Source: an uncultured Anaerolineales bacterium (GTDB taxonomy: Bacteria; Chloroflexota; Anaerolineae; CG2-30-64-16). From it: a DNA stretch of 64,000 nucleotides. Location of the stretch: positions 1,846 to 65,845 of the forward strand of contig CAZYGI010000013.1 of assembly GCA_964647255.1 (NCBI GenBank), in the 5' to 3' direction. The translations under genes were made by a program, and so were the position numbers. The notes below the pieces were generated by a model. That model was not told the origin of the DNA. It did no database searches and worked only from the letters and a program-made list of their open reading frames with translations. Positions 39,099 through 47,328 of this stretch are shown here, piece after piece; the stretch's first letter is position 1, and the number at the start of each line of letters is the position of its first letter.

Positions 39099-39794
39099 AT
39101 GCCAAACTTTGGAAAATACCGCGGCAAAGTCATAGATCCCGTCGATCCGGAGCAACTGGGGCGCATCATCGCCCTCGTCCCTTCGATCTCCGAGCTGCCG
39201 CTGACCTGGGCCATGCCCGCCACACCCTACGCCGGCTCGGGCGTGGGCTTCTTTGCCATCCCGCCTGTGGGCGCCAACGTCTGGATCGAGTTCGAGGGCG
39301 GCGATCCTAACTATCCCATCTGGACGGGCTGCTTCTGGGGTGATGGCGAGGTGCCGGCCGAGCCGGCCCTCCCCACCACGCTGATGCTCAAAACCACGCT
39401 GGGGGTCTTCAGTATCAACAACTTGGATGCAGAGCTCAAGCTGAGCCTCACTGCTCCTGATGGGCAGATGACTCTGGTGATGAATCCCACGGGCATCAAG
39501 CTGAGCCTTAACGAGGTCAGCATCACCATCACCCAGGAAGCCATCACCTTGAGCCACGCGCCGTCCACGGTCGAGGTCACGCCCGAAGGCATCACCGCAT
39601 CCTGTCCCGAGAGCGTCACCCTGAACAGTGCCGAGGCCAGCGTCGAGGTGACGCCGGCGGCGATCAATCTCGCTAACGGCGCGGCCAGCATCGAGATCGC
39701 ACCGGCCGCCATTGCCATCGAGAACGGCGCCGGCAGCATTGCCATTTCGCCGGCCAGCGTCACCATCAACGAAGGCGCCCTGGAGATTATCTAA
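39099..39794 (+). CDS. gpV/gp5-like spike protein (OB-fold plus beta-helical needle; Afp8 C-part)
   Basis: GKYRGKVIDPVDPEQLGRI..WAMPATPYAG..GFFAIPPVGANVWIEFEGGDPNYPIWTGCFW is the baseplate-assembly-protein-V signature. The C-terminus has short periodic repeats (VEVTPEGITA..VEVTPAAINL..IEIAPAAIAI). Confidence 0.85.
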   Translation: MPNFGKYRGKVIDPVDPEQLGRIIALVPSISELPLTWAMPATPYAGSGVGFFAIPPVGANVWIEFEGGDPNYPIWTGCFWGDGEVPAEPALPTTLMLKTTLGVFSINNLDAELKLSLTAPDGQMTLVMNPTGIKLSLNEVSITITQEAITLSHAPSTVEVTPEGITASCPESVTLNSAEASVEVTPAAINLANGAASIEIAPAAIAIENGAGSIAISPASVTINEGALEII

Positions 39795-39795
39795 C

Positions 39796-40125
39796 ATGCC
39801 CGGATTCATCCTTCACGAAGGCGCGCTGGTGCAGTGCGCGCACGGCGGCATGGTCCAGCCCACCGTGCCCAACCCGCGGGTGACAGTCATGGGCATGCCG
39901 ATCATCACCGTCGGCGCGCCGTGGGTCGTCGCCGGCTGCGCGTTTCCGCCGCCGCCGGTCGCCAACGGGCCCTGCGTCGTCGCGGAGTGGCTGCCGCCGA
40001 CCGCCTCGCTGCGCGTCACCTCGATGGGCATGCCCGTGCTGGTGCAGAGCAGCCAGGCTATCTGCACCCCCACCGGCACGCCGGTGATCGTGGGCGTCAC
40101 GCAGACTCGCGTCATGGCGGAGTGA
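39796..40125 (+). CDS. PAAR-like spike-tip protein (Afp10/Cis10-like)
   Basis: Start at MPGFILHEGALVQCAHGG (ATG 39796, 1 nt after the spike stop). Small, Gly/Pro/Val/Cys-rich, in the canonical position after the spike. Confidence 0.65.
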   Translation: MPGFILHEGALVQCAHGGMVQPTVPNPRVTVMGMPIITVGAPWVVAGCAFPPPPVANGPCVVAEWLPPTASLRVTSMGMPVLVQSSQAICTPTGTPVIVGVTQTRVMAE

Positions 40126-40128
40126 TCC

Positions 40129-40479
40129 ATGCAGCTCGCTTTTCCGTACCGCATCAACCACACGGGCCGCACCAGCCAGGATCGCGGCATGCACCTGCGC
40201 GATCTCATCGAGCAAGTGTTGTTCACGACGCCGACCGAGCGCGTAAACCGGCCCGACTTCGGCGCCGGCGTGCTCGAACTGGTCTTCGCGGCCGAGAACG
40301 ATGAGCTCCTGGCCGCCAGCCGATTCATGATCCAGGGCGCCTTGCAACAGTGGCTCGGTGACCTGATCCAGGTCGAGGCTGTCGCAGTCGAGCGAGAGGA
40401 TACGACCGTGAGCATCACGATCCGGTACCTGGAGCGCCGCACCCAGGTGCGCCAGGTAGCCCAGTTCAGGAGCGCGTAG
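40129..40479 (+). CDS. gp25/GPW-like baseplate wedge protein (Afp9/Cis9-like)
   Basis: LRDLIEQVLFTTPTERVNRPDFGAGVLELVF matches the GPW_gp25 family core. Confidence 0.8.
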   Translation: MQLAFPYRINHTGRTSQDRGMHLRDLIEQVLFTTPTERVNRPDFGAGVLELVFAAENDELLAASRFMIQGALQQWLGDLIQVEAVAVEREDTTVSITIRYLERRTQVRQVAQFRSA

Positions 40480-40483
40480 CCCC

Positions 40484-42616
40484 ATGAGCCGCTTTGACCG
40501 CCCGCCTGAGATTGATTACCTGGCCAAGGATTTTGCCAGCTTCCGGCAGCTCATGCTGGACCAGATCGCGCTGCTGATTCCCGACTGGCAGGAGCGCCAT
40601 CCCGCCGATCTGGGCAACGTTCTGGTGGAGATCCTGGCGTATGCGGCGGACTATCTTAGCTACACGCAAGATGCCATCGCCACTGAGGCCTATCTGGGCA
40701 CAGCCCGCCTCCGGCGTTCCGTGCGGCGGCACGCCAGGCTTCTCGACTACAATCTCCACAACGGGTGCAACGCGCGGACCTGGGTCCATATCGCCCTCCA
40801 GCCGAGCGCCGGTGACTGGCGCCTGCCCAAAGGCGCTTTGCTTCTGGCCGGTTTCGACGGCTACGGCCGGTCAGTGGTCACCCCCGGCGAGTTGGCGGCG
40901 ATCATGGCGCAGGACTCGCCGGTGCAGGTGTTCACAACCCTGCACGATGTGCAACTTTCAGGTGGACAGCCTGAGATTGCATTCTATGTCCAGGATCGCG
41001 CGGACGTGGTGCTGCGCTGCGGCGCGACATCGGCCCGCCTGGCGGACAGCCTCGACCCGCAGACCCACAGGAGCGCCCTCGATGATCTCCAGGTCGGCGA
41101 TGTGCTCATCTTCGAACAACGGCTGAATCCCGAAAGTGGTTTAAGTGCAGGCGTGGATCCCGGCCATCGGCACGCGGTGCGGTTGACCAAGATCGTGCGA
41201 ACGTCGCAGGCGCGGTGGCAGGCGGAGACGGCCCATACCGCAAGCCCGGTCCCCACGCTGCCGCCTGTTGGCATCCAGTGGGATCAGGCTGATGCGCTGC
41301 CGTTCGACCTGCCAGTTGGCGCCTACCGCTCAGCAGCCACAGGGTCTGGCGGCAGGGACAGAGAACTCAGCGTTGCCCTGCGCAACATCGTGCTGGTGGA
41401 TCATGGCGCCTGGGTCGAGCCGGAGAGGCTGCCGGCCGTGATCGCCGACGCGCGTTACCGCCCGTCTCTCACGCACCGAAATGTGACCTACACAACGGTC
41501 TATAATCACGCCCAGGCGTGTCGCCAGCCGGCTAGCGCCGCAACGGCCCAGCGCCCGTATGACGCCCAGGCCGCGGTCGAGCTGACAGAGCAGCGAACCC
41601 TCGTGCTGCCGGAATCCGCGGATCACCCGCCGCTGCTGCGGATGTCCCAGGCCGCCACCGGCGGCGCCCGGTTTGAGTCGCTTCATCGCTGGGTTCAGCG
41701 CCGCGACCTCCTGAGCAGCGACCGGACCGCGCGCACCTTCGTGGTGGAAACCGAAGACGACGGACGGGCGTACTTGCGCTTTGGCTACGGCGGCCTGGGC
41801 AAGGGACTCTCTGCCGGCGATACGCTGGTCGCCACCTATCGCGTTGGCAACGGTTCGCAGGGCAACGTCGGGCGGCATGCCATCGCGCACCTGGTTTCGG
41901 ATGATCGGATCAGCGGCATGGCCGCTCGGATCCAGGAGGTGCGCAACCCGCTCCCCGTCACGAGCGGCTTCGATGCGGAATCCATCGAAACGACGCGGCT
42001 GTCCGCGCCCCACGCCTTCCAAACGCCCTTGAGCTGCGTCAGCCCTGAGGATTACGCTGCGCAGGCGCTGCAGCTTCCCGGTGGCGGGGTGCGCCAGGCC
42101 AGGGCGCGGATCGAGCACACCGGCAATTGGCAGACGGTCTTCGTGTACGTGCAGCGCCAGGGGGGCCGGCCCCTGGATCCCGCGTTCGGCCAGCAATTGC
42201 TGGCCTGGCTGCAGCCGCGGGCCATGAGCGGCTACGAGGTGGCGATACGACCGCCCCACATGGCTGCGCTCGACCTCCATCTGCGCGTGTGGGTCGCGCC
42301 CCATCGGTTCAAAAGTGCTGTGCGTCAGGCAGTGCAGGAGGCACTCAGCAACAAAGCGCAAGCAGACGGTGAACAGGGGTTTTTCCATCCAGACAACCTG
42401 AGCTTCGGCCGTTCAATCTACAGGAGCGAGGTGATTCGCGCCGCAATGGCCCTCGACGACGTTGCTCGGGTTGAGATCGTGCGGTTCAACCGGCAGGATG
42501 ACACCCGCCAGATGGACCCGTTGCCCATTGGGGATCTGGAGATCGCCCGGCTCGACGCCGACCCCGATCGGCCCCAATACGGCACGCTGCGTGTTGACGT
42601 GGAAGGGGGCCTATGA
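40484..42616 (+). CDS. baseplate J/gp6-like wedge protein (Afp11/Cis11-like)
   Basis: The N-terminal EIDYLAKDFASFRQLMLDQIALLIPDW...DLGNVLVEILAYAADYLSYTQDAIATEAYLGTA is the baseplate-J-type signature. Confidence 0.8.
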   Translation: MSRFDRPPEIDYLAKDFASFRQLMLDQIALLIPDWQERHPADLGNVLVEILAYAADYLSYTQDAIATEAYLGTARLRRSVRRHARLLDYNLHNGCNARTWVHIALQPSAGDWRLPKGALLLAGFDGYGRSVVTPGELAAIMAQDSPVQVFTTLHDVQLSGGQPEIAFYVQDRADVVLRCGATSARLADSLDPQTHRSALDDLQVGDVLIFEQRLNPESGLSAGVDPGHRHAVRLTKIVRTSQARWQAETAHTASPVPTLPPVGIQWDQADALPFDLPVGAYRSAATGSGGRDRELSVALRNIVLVDHGAWVEPERLPAVIADARYRPSLTHRNVTYTTVYNHAQACRQPASAATAQRPYDAQAAVELTEQRTLVLPESADHPPLLRMSQAATGGARFESLHRWVQRRDLLSSDRTARTFVVETEDDGRAYLRFGYGGLGKGLSAGDTLVATYRVGNGSQGNVGRHAIAHLVSDDRISGMAARIQEVRNPLPVTSGFDAESIETTRLSAPHAFQTPLSCVSPEDYAAQALQLPGGGVRQARARIEHTGNWQTVFVYVQRQGGRPLDPAFGQQLLAWLQPRAMSGYEVAIRPPHMAALDLHLRVWVAPHRFKSAVRQAVQEALSNKAQADGEQGFFHPDNLSFGRSIYRSEVIRAAMALDDVARVEIVRFNRQDDTRQMDPLPIGDLEIARLDADPDRPQYGTLRVDVEGGL

Positions 42617-45600
42617 ACGACATCGCCGGCGAGCACGCCCTCCAGCTTCCAGCCGTTAGCGTCGAGCGCACGCGCATCAACCCGCCAGGCCGGTCTCAAC
42701 TGGCGTACGGGGGTGGAGCTTACCTGGCAGTCCTGGATCGGATGTTGATCCGGCTGCCGCGCCAGGTGATCCCCGGGCCGGATGGCGGCCCGGACCTGGC
42801 GCCGTTCGCCCGGTTCAACGCCGACTCCGGCGACGACTGGACCGTGGCCCTGCTGCATGCCTGGGCCGCGGTGACCGACGTGCTCGGCTTCTATCACGAA
42901 CGCATCATCAACGAAGGCTATCTGCGGACGGCGACCGAGCGCCTGTCGGTCGTGCAGTTGGCGCGCACCGTAGGCTACGAGTTGCACCCTGGCCTGGCCG
43001 CCGGCGCCGTGCTGGCTCTCACCGTGGTGCAGGGGCTGGGCGAACCGCCCAGGACCTTTTTCGTGCCGAAGGGCACGGCCGTGCAGAGCCTTCCGTCACC
43101 CAAGAGCGGGCTGCACCAGGGAACGCCAGCCAGCAGCATGCCGCAGGTCTTCGAGACCAGCGACGATTTCGTGGCCCGTTCGGACTGGAACCTCCTGCGG
43201 CCGGCAGCCAGCGGTGAATTGACCGGGGAACATCGCATCCTGCCCGGCACGAATTCCTTGCGCCTCCTGGGCAACCGCACTGACCTGAGAAAGGGAGACC
43301 GGCTGCTGTTCATCGGCCAGGACCCGACGCATCCGCAGCGCAAGCTCTGGCAGATGGCCCAGGTGAAGGTCACCGCGCCCAACGCCGCCGGGTTCACCGC
43401 GGTCTCGTGGGAAAGCGTGCCTGGCCTGCCAGCGGGTCCTCTGCCGCTCCTAGGCCCCGACCCAGAGCCCGACGTCGAGCCGCTAGCCATCGCCGCCCCC
43501 CAGCTCTTCGTGCTGCGCCAGCAGGCCAAACTATTCACTTACACGGCGGCCGGGGTCTACCGCACCTGGCCTTCCCAGGGGACAGCGGGCGAACCTGACG
43601 CCGGGGATGTCGCAACCTCCGGCAGCGCCGACGGACAAGCTCCGGCCGCTGCGCATGACGTCCAGCCCCAGCCAGCCTGGTGGCCGGCCGGCATCGGCCT
43701 GCCGCACGAGCCGGTAGACTTGCTCCTGAGCACCCGGAGCGGCCATCTGCTGGGAGTCACCACGAAAGGCATCTACCGCTCGAACGACGGCGGGGCCACG
43801 TGGCAGCCAGCCGGCGCAGGGTTGCAAGCCAGGCATATCACGGCCCTGACCGAAGGCAATGATGGCACGCTCTACGCCGGCACCGACAAGGGCGAGGTGC
43901 ACCTGTCACAGGACGAGGGCGAAACCTGGCGGCAGGCGGCCGGCGACCCCATCCACCTGCCCGTGCGCGGCCTGGGCAAGCTGGCGCCGGCTATCCTGCG
44001 CAGCACGGGCCACCTGCCGGAGGTCGTCGTCACCTCGCTGGCAGCCTACCGCAGCGGCGGCACAGACGTGCTGGCCGCCGGCGCCGACTCGGGTGTGTTC
44101 CTGTCAACGAATCAGGGCCGGCAGTGGAAGGCGGCCAATCTGGTGCTGCCCAAGCTCGACCGCAAGACCGGCATGGCAAAGGTCAGCGTACAGGCGCTGG
44201 GCGTCGTCCGCGCCGGCAAGCGCCAGCAGCTCTACGCCGGCACAGACGAGGGGGTGTTCCCTATCCGGGCGACGTCCAGCGCGACGCCTGTCATCCTGGC
44301 CGGCCTAGTGTTGGCCGTGCTCTACCGGCTGATACTCAACCCGGGCGGCATCCTGACCAGGCAAGTCTATACTGCGGTCGTCAATTTGACCAAGGCTGCC
44401 GGCGCCGCAGTCGCCGCACTCTTGACCCGGTTGAATGAGATCGCCGGGATCAACCTGCCCCCGATCAGCGATCCGCTGGCAACCCCCGTCGCGAAGTTGA
44501 TCGGCAACGTGGGCAAGGCGATCTTGACGCCTATCGCCCAGCTTCCCGCGACCATACCGGTCCCTACGGCGACGCCGGCCAGCACAGCCAGCGCAACGGC
44601 CACGGCGATGGCGACGGCCACCGCAACGCCTACGGCGATGGCCGCGGTGACTGTGACACCCGCGGCAACGGCCGCGGCCGCGTCGGCTCCGGTCGCAGCA
44701 GCGCTGCCCAAGCCGATTGCGGCAATCCTGGCCGTCTTAGACCAGTATCCGGTGCTCTGGTTTCTTGTTGATGCCGCGTTGATCGCCGCGGCGATCGGCA
44801 TCGTGATGATCGCCTGGTGGCTGATCTGGCGTTTCTTGAACAACCGGCCCGGCCGTCGCATCGCCGGCGCGCTTCCCCCTGCCGCGCTGCCGGCCGCAAT
44901 GCCGGGCAAGCTGCCCGGTGTGAAAGATCTGATCCAGCAGCTCACGGCCCAGAGGCCCCCTGTGGCAGTGCGAGATCTCAAAGCCAACCTGACGGGGCTG
45001 TACGCTGGGACGGCCCAAGGCGTTTATCATGCCGCGGGACCTGGGCCAGGACCGCAAGACAAGTGGCTGCGCCGCCTGGGCGCGCGTCTCGTGCAGATCG
45101 CTTTTCCCGGCCTGCTGGCCGGTTGGACCCGGTTGGAGACCGCTTCGCAGGCTCAGCCGGATGTCCAGTCGCTGGCCTTGCCTGAACCGGATTCCCTGCT
45201 GGCGGCTACCGGGGCTGGCGCGACCCACCATTACCGTTATGTCAATAATTCTTGGAAACCGACGGAGGCGGATGGCGCACCGGCAGCGTTGACAGGCATC
45301 GCCGGCACTGCCGCACTCGGCAAGGGGCTGTTCCTGGCCGGGACGCCGCCTAAGGCCAAAGTCGACCCCGCCTGGTCGCCCTGGCAGTTGCAAGAACACG
45401 CCATCCACCTGGACGCGCTGCCTGATGGCATCGCGGCGGGGAGCTGGCTGGTTTTGGACGCTGCAGGCGGGGCCCAGACCGACCAGCCCTCGCCCTTGCC
45501 GCGCTTGTACCAGGTGCGCAAAACTGAGCGCGCCGACAGCAGCGATGCCAGCAAGAAGCAGCCGCTCACGCGCGTGGTTGTTGACCGGGGCGATGACCTG

Positions 45601-47328
45601 GCGCGCTATGACCGCACGACAGCGCGCGCGCTGTTCCAGAGTGAGCCGTTGGCGATCTATGACGACCGGCCGGTGCAGGGCAGCATCCTGGCCCTCGACC
45701 GGGTTGTGACGGACCTGCGGCCAGGCCAACCCGTGATCATCAGCGGCAAGCGCATGCGCGCCCGGTTGATCGCTCCAGCGGACCCCCCCGTCACTTTGAC
45801 AACATTGAACGGGCTGCAAACAGTGCCGATCCGGCCGGGAGAATCGCTGATCGTGCTCAGGCCTCCGCAGCGCCAGGCCGTGACGAACCAAAATGCAAGC
45901 CGGACACGTGGCGACGCCGCTCAGGCCCCCGGCCCAGCGGACCAGCAGCCCACCGCGGAAATCTGGCGCCTGCGCAACCGGGATGGGATCGAGGGCGAGG
46001 CGACCATCGAAGCCGCGACGGACGCGGCCGCGCCTCAGTTCGTCATCGAGCCGCCGCACGACGATGATCCGGAGGTCAACGAGCTTGCCGCGCTCTACGA
46101 TATCGCCGCCAGCGCCGACCGGACGACGCTCACGCTGACCACCGATTTGTCTGCCCCGGACCGGACGCTCAGGCCGCTCGCCAACATGTTCGAGCGGACG
46201 ACGGTTACCCTGCGTGCCAACATCGTTCAGGCCACGCACGGCAGCACGGTACCGCTAGAGGTGCTGGGCAGCAGCGATGGCTCGCAAGCCAATCAACGCT
46301 TCCTGCTGCGCCAGGCCCCGCTGACCTACATCAGCGCCGCCACGCCGGAGGGCCGACAGAGCACGTTGGCCGTCACGGTGGCCGGGGTGCGTTGGCGACA
46401 GGCGCCGTTCCTGTACGGGCATCCGCGCGACGAGCGGGCCTACATCGTGCAGCACGACGAACAAGGCCGGGCCACCATCACCTTCGGCGACGGCCGCGCC
46501 GGTGCGCGCCTGCCCAGCACACGAGAGGAGGTTCGGGCCACCTATCGCATCGGGATCGGCGAGGCAGGAAACGTGCCCGCGGGCAGCCTGACCCAACTGC
46601 GGTCCGCGCCGCCTGGGCTGGCAGGTGTGACCAATCCGCTCCCGGCATCGGGCGGCGTCGAACCGGAGACGAACGACTCAATCCGGGCGAACGTGTCGCT
46701 TGGGCTGCACGCCATGCACCGCATCGTCTCTTTGAGCGACTACGAGGACTTCGTGCGTTCCTTTGCCGGCATCGGGCGGGTGCAAGCCAAGATGTTCCAC
46801 CGCGGTCATGGCGGCCTGTTGCACCTCACCGTTGCCGACGCCGACGGCAACCCACTGCCGCTAACCTCAAACCTTTACCTGAACCTGGTGACGGCGGTTG
46901 AGCGCGCCCGGGTCGCGCCCACGCCACGGCTGCGGATTGATGCCTACGAGCCGGTATTCTTCGATGTCGCGCTCAAGGTGGTCGTGGACCACGACTTCAA
47001 AGCCCGGCAGGCAACGATCGAGCAGCAAGCCAGGCTGGCTTTGAGCAACGCCTTCACGTTCCAGCGCCGCGACTTCGGCCAGGGCGTGTCGGCGTCGGAG
47101 ATCATCAACCTGGTCCAGCCGATCGCTGGGGTCGTGGGTGTCGAGATCACGCAGCTGGCCTATCACGGCAGCAGTCCAACCCAACCGCCCCCCGATACGG
47201 CGCAGGCCGTGGCCGCGCAACCCGCCCGCTGGCCGCAGGACGCCGTCCTTCCCGCACCAGCCCAGTTGCTGTTGATCAACAGTCAGAATCCGAAGGGCAT
47301 CGCCATCGCCGTGGAGTTTGTGCCATGA
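42613..47328 (+). CDS. giant baseplate wedge protein (putative-baseplate-assembly family) with a ~640-aa insertion carrying Asp-box/BNR repeats, two predicted TM helices and an Ala/Thr/Pro linker
   Basis: N-terminal family signature DDWTVALLHAWAAVTDVLGFYHERIINEGYLRTATERLSVVQLARTVGY. Asp-boxes SNDGGATW (43780-43803), SQDEGETW (43906-43929) and STNQGRQW (44104-44127). Hydrophobic helices PVILAGLVLAVLYRLIL (44287-44337) and VLWFLVDAALIAAAIGIVMIAWWLIWRFL (44752-44838). ATGA coupling at both ends. Confidence 0.8.
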   Translation: MNDIAGEHALQLPAVSVERTRINPPGRSQLAYGGGAYLAVLDRMLIRLPRQVIPGPDGGPDLAPFARFNADSGDDWTVALLHAWAAVTDVLGFYHERIINEGYLRTATERLSVVQLARTVGYELHPGLAAGAVLALTVVQGLGEPPRTFFVPKGTAVQSLPSPKSGLHQGTPASSMPQVFETSDDFVARSDWNLLRPAASGELTGEHRILPGTNSLRLLGNRTDLRKGDRLLFIGQDPTHPQRKLWQMAQVKVTAPNAAGFTAVSWESVPGLPAGPLPLLGPDPEPDVEPLAIAAPQLFVLRQQAKLFTYTAAGVYRTWPSQGTAGEPDAGDVATSGSADGQAPAAAHDVQPQPAWWPAGIGLPHEPVDLLLSTRSGHLLGVTTKGIYRSNDGGATWQPAGAGLQARHITALTEGNDGTLYAGTDKGEVHLSQDEGETWRQAAGDPIHLPVRGLGKLAPAILRSTGHLPEVVVTSLAAYRSGGTDVLAAGADSGVFLSTNQGRQWKAANLVLPKLDRKTGMAKVSVQALGVVRAGKRQQLYAGTDEGVFPIRATSSATPVILAGLVLAVLYRLILNPGGILTRQVYTAVVNLTKAAGAAVAALLTRLNEIAGINLPPISDPLATPVAKLIGNVGKAILTPIAQLPATIPVPTATPASTASATATAMATATATPTAMAAVTVTPAATAAAASAPVAAALPKPIAAILAVLDQYPVLWFLVDAALIAAAIGIVMIAWWLIWRFLNNRPGRRIAGALPPAALPAAMPGKLPGVKDLIQQLTAQRPPVAVRDLKANLTGLYAGTAQGVYHAAGPGPGPQDKWLRRLGARLVQIAFPGLLAGWTRLETASQAQPDVQSLALPEPDSLLAATGAGATHHYRYVNNSWKPTEADGAPAALTGIAGTAALGKGLFLAGTPPKAKVDPAWSPWQLQEHAIHLDALPDGIAAGSWLVLDAAGGAQTDQPSPLPRLYQVRKTERADSSDASKKQPLTRVVVDRGDDLARYDRTTARALFQSEPLAIYDDRPVQGSILALDRVVTDLRPGQPVIISGKRMRARLIAPADPPVTLTTLNGLQTVPIRPGESLIVLRPPQRQAVTNQNASRTRGDAAQAPGPADQQPTAEIWRLRNRDGIEGEATIEAATDAAAPQFVIEPPHDDDPEVNELAALYDIAASADRTTLTLTTDLSAPDRTLRPLANMFERTTVTLRANIVQATHGSTVPLEVLGSSDGSQANQRFLLRQAPLTYISAATPEGRQSTLAVTVAGVRWRQAPFLYGHPRDERAYIVQHDEQGRATITFGDGRAGARLPSTREEVRATYRIGIGEAGNVPAGSLTQLRSAPPGLAGVTNPLPASGGVEPETNDSIRANVSLGLHAMHRIVSLSDYEDFVRSFAGIGRVQAKMFHRGHGGLLHLTVADADGNPLPLTSNLYLNLVTAVERARVAPTPRLRIDAYEPVFFDVALKVVVDHDFKARQATIEQQARLALSNAFTFQRRDFGQGVSASEIINLVQPIAGVVGVEITQLAYHGSSPTQPPPDTAQAVAAQPARWPQDAVLPAPAQLLLINSQNPKGIAIAVEFVP

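Noticed and set aside
36825-46239. Other large antisense ORFs in the baseplate region (36825..38243, 37822..38700, 41330..42388, 44737..46239)
   Set aside because: Same reasoning. Each overlaps a recognisable plus-strand CIS gene and none has a recognisable domain.
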